Made by a program: the position numbers and the translations under genes. From Bacillota bacterium (GTDB taxonomy: Bacteria > Bacillota > Negativicutes > Sporomusales > UBA7701): a stretch of DNA of 28,349 bases. The first letter of the stretch is position 1. Each line of letters begins with the position of its first letter. The DNA is taken from contig JAEZLU010000079.1 of assembly GCA_023415075.1 (NCBI GenBank), positions 1-28,349 of the forward strand, read 5' to 3'. Below the pieces are notes generated by a model that had not been told where the DNA came from, did not search any database, and worked only from the letters and a program-made list of their open reading frames with translations. Positions 26,360-28,349 of the stretch are shown in pieces.

Positions 26360-26577
26360 TAAAAAACCCGTCCCTGTGAGGGACGGGAATGTTGCCCGCG
26401 GTTCCACCCTTGTTGGCCTAAGCCCGGCTTGATTGAAATAACGGGAAAAACCCGGCGCGGCCTACTTTGGTTCGGCCTTGCAGTTTGGAGGTGGTAACAG
26501 TCCGGGAGCCGTAAAGACGTTTCAGCCTAGCGTCCTCTCTCTGCATCGTCCCGCCGCGCCGTCATATCCTCCGCATT
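26360..26577 (-). promoter_or_regulatory. T-box riboswitch, Thr-specific
   Basis: AAGGGTGGAACCGCG (26397-26411); likely specifier ACC at 26493-26495; AGAGAG/GCTGAAA stem I motifs; terminator CCCGTCCC..GGGACGGG-TTTTTT. Confidence 0.92.
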
Positions 26578-26604
26578 ACTTTTTTGCGGTATATTGTTAA
26601 GGCT

Positions 26605-26633
26605 ATTATAGCCAGTTTGCCGCACCCTGTCAA
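26605..26633 (-). promoter_or_regulatory. sigmaA promoter for thrS
   Basis: Perfect TTGACA-17 nt-TATAAT. Confidence 0.9.
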
Positions 26634-27547
26634 TTCCTCTCGGTATCAGGGGCTTTGCGCTCTCTCTCGTCACGCTGGCAAATATCGCAGCCGCTGCACA
26701 GGATAACCCGACCGGCGAATACCCCCTGGATGGTCTGAAAAATATTCGAAAGCGGCGCCGCCGCCGCCAAATGCAGCATTATCGTCTGGGGAGCAATAGT
26801 GATAAGCGCACTTATTAGCAAATCCTCGTAATTGATATCCTCGCCGCTCCTGGCGCTGAAGGTTTCCAAATACTGATTGCTGATGCTGTTGCCGCTGGCG
26901 TCGCGGATCTTGAAAGCATCATCGTCGCTTACTACCACATGAACTTCATCCACCTGGGTTTCCTGCACATCAACAAAATAACGCAGTACCCGGATAAACT
27001 CCTTGTACTCCAGATCCATCATATACTCGTCGACCGCTTTGCCGACGATCTCGGCCAGGCGGTCGCGGTAATCCTTCAGCCTAAAGGCGATAAAGCCCTC
27101 AAGGACTAGTTCCTGATGGACGGCCAGATACTCCTGCAGTCGCGAGAGCACCTGATCGCGGCGGTCTCCATAGCTGAAATCGCTCAAGCTGCTGTCGAGA
27201 ATCTTTATAGCGTTGGTGTAGATTGTGTTCTGCTCGGCCTCGCTGAAATAGCCGTAATCCTGGTTTATCATCTTGCGGACAAGGGCTTTTTCCTCGTGGG
27301 TAATTATCATCTCCGCCAGTGAACGAGCGACACACGCTTTCAACATATTTTTTACCCGCTCGTAGTTACGAAACGACAACTCGCCCTCGGCGATATTGCA
27401 TCCCAGAAAGGTGAAATGGCCTTTTATCGTCTCATCTATCGCAATCCGAAAGCCTTCCAGGCCGATATTCTGACAATCTTGCTGCAATCTGCTCCTTATT
27501 TCCTCCGCCGGGCCGCTCAGTCCCAGGGAAAGTATTTTCAAAGCCAT
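26630..27547 (-). CDS. ytxC: Sporulation protein YtxC family (start 27547 or TTG 27541)
   Basis: LEGFIAFRLKDY, AVDEY...EYKEFIRVLRYFV, EDLLISALITIAP; conserved position upstream of thrS. Confidence 0.88.
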   Translation of the reverse strand: MALKILSLGLSGPAEEIRSRLQQDCQNIGLEGFRIAIDETIKGHFTFLGCNIAEGELSFRNYERVKNMLKACVARSLAEMIITHEEKALVRKMINQDYGYFSEAEQNTIYTNAIKILDSSLSDFSYGDRRDQVLSRLQEYLAVHQELVLEGFIAFRLKDYRDRLAEIVGKAVDEYMMDLEYKEFIRVLRYFVDVQETQVDEVHVVVSDDDAFKIRDASGNSISNQYLETFSARSGEDINYEDLLISALITIAPQTIMLHLAAAAPLSNIFQTIQGVFAGRVILCSGCDICQRDERERKAPDTERN

Positions 27548-27563
27548 CACTCCCTTCGCTGAT

Positions 27564-27592
27564 ATTATATGTGCCGCTACCGGGCGACATAC
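27564..27592 (-). promoter_or_regulatory. sigmaE-like promoter for ytxC
   Basis: GTATG-16 nt-CATATAAT; B. subtilis ytxC is in the sigmaE regulon. Confidence 0.6.
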
Positions 27593-27621
27593 AGACCAAC
27601 TGGCGGCGATGGCTGGAAATC

Positions 27622-27645
27622 AGAAAGCCTGGCAGCTGCCAGGCT
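27622..27645 (-). terminator. Probable terminator after the PH-like genes
   Basis: AGCCTGGC-AGCT-GCCAGGCT-TTCT. Confidence 0.55.
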
Positions 27646-27679
27646 CAGCGGTCAAATAATAATTGCCTTATATGGCCGA

Positions 27680-28015
27680 TTAGCCGTTAACTGCCTCCAG
27701 TTGGGCATTAATAGCCTTCAGCCAGGCGTTGCGTTCGCCGGCATCGACGATAAACCGGTATCGATCACCGGCCAGCGTCGTCACAGCCAAGACATTGGGA
27801 ATAAAATAAAAAGTCTTTTCACCCGTCACCTCGGCTACCCGGCCAAGGGGAATCTCCTCCATGTACTTCTTGGCGATGTCCATAACATAGCCCACATAAA
27901 CGATACGTTTATTTGTCAAATAAACGGCGCCATGGAAAGCGTGCTCAGGTAAATGGAGGCTGGCGAGGCCTTTTTTGATGATGATCTCGTCATCGTTAAG
28001 CGGAAAACTGTACAT
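27680..28015 (-). CDS. Small PH-like/GRAM-like domain protein
   Basis: GAVYLTNKRIVY...IPL...PN...RF...RNAWLKAI; SD AAGGAG. Confidence 0.75.
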   Translation of the reverse strand: MYSFPLNDDEIIIKKGLASLHLPEHAFHGAVYLTNKRIVYVGYVMDIAKKYMEEIPLGRVAEVTGEKTFYFIPNVLAVTTLAGDRYRFIVDAGERNAWLKAINAQLEAVNG

Positions 28016-28064
28016 GCTTCTTCTCCTTATTAAGCTTACGGCAGCCGCGTTCGCCCGTAGTACC

Positions 28065-28349
28065 CTATATTATCTCCAGTTGGGCCTCGATAGCCGCCTT
28101 CCAGGCATCGCGATCCTTGATAATCAGGCGAAACCGCTGGCCGCGGATGGTCGAAATCTCGATGACATTCGGCAGTAGCGAAAAAGTCTTGGCCTCCTTA
28201 ATATCACCGATATGCACCAAAGGTATCTCGGCCTCCCAGGCAGTTGTGACCGCGGCCCCCTGATAGCCGACGAACACAAGGCGTTCGCTGGTCAGGTAGA
28301 TCGCACCCAGACCGGTTTTTTCTTCAAGTTCCAGCGTAGCCATGCCTTT
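28065..28349 (-). CDS. Second PH-like/GRAM-like protein, paralogue of 27680-28015; probably 5'-truncated by the window edge
   Basis: GAIYLTSERLVF...IPL...PN...RDAWKAAIEAQLE; frame is open to the edge and KGMATL aligns with internal KGLASL of the paralogue. Confidence 0.75.
   Translation of the reverse strand, partial: KGMATLELEEKTGLGAIYLTSERLVFVGYQGAAVTTAWEAEIPLVHIGDIKEAKTFSLLPNVIEISTIRGQRFRLIIKDRDAWKAAIEAQLEII

Overview
GC-rich chromosomal window from an endospore-forming Firmicute, most likely a Negativicute of the Sporomusaceae type (inference from gene content and order). From about 5 to 27.5 kb it is mostly a conserved minus-strand housekeeping block: ytxC, T-box/thrS, L20-leader/infC-rpmI-rplT, kimA plus a degenerate receiver-TPR gene, class II aldolase, ktrB-ktrA, a TrmH methyltransferase, a YqzL-like sORF, T-box/pheS-pheT, zapA, DUF421, an AlkP-superfamily metalloenzyme, U32/DUF3656, mutS2 and DUF2148. 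The left 5 kb is the unusual part. After the 3' end of a class A PBP lie three tandem paralogous 33-37 aa single-TM peptides that the ORF track misses, each followed by the same GGAACACGC..GCGTGTTCC hairpin. Next come two hypothetical genes, a displaced YbaB/EbfC paralogue and, beyond an aminotransferase, a 100 aa protein made of an acidic/aromatic leader plus 17 Cys-x-Pro repeats. Five of these units carry sigmaK/sigmaE-like promoters, suggesting an undescribed mother-cell spore-envelope island; the CxP protein could alternatively be an orphan RiPP precursor. No tRNA, rRNA, CRISPR array or mobile element was seen.
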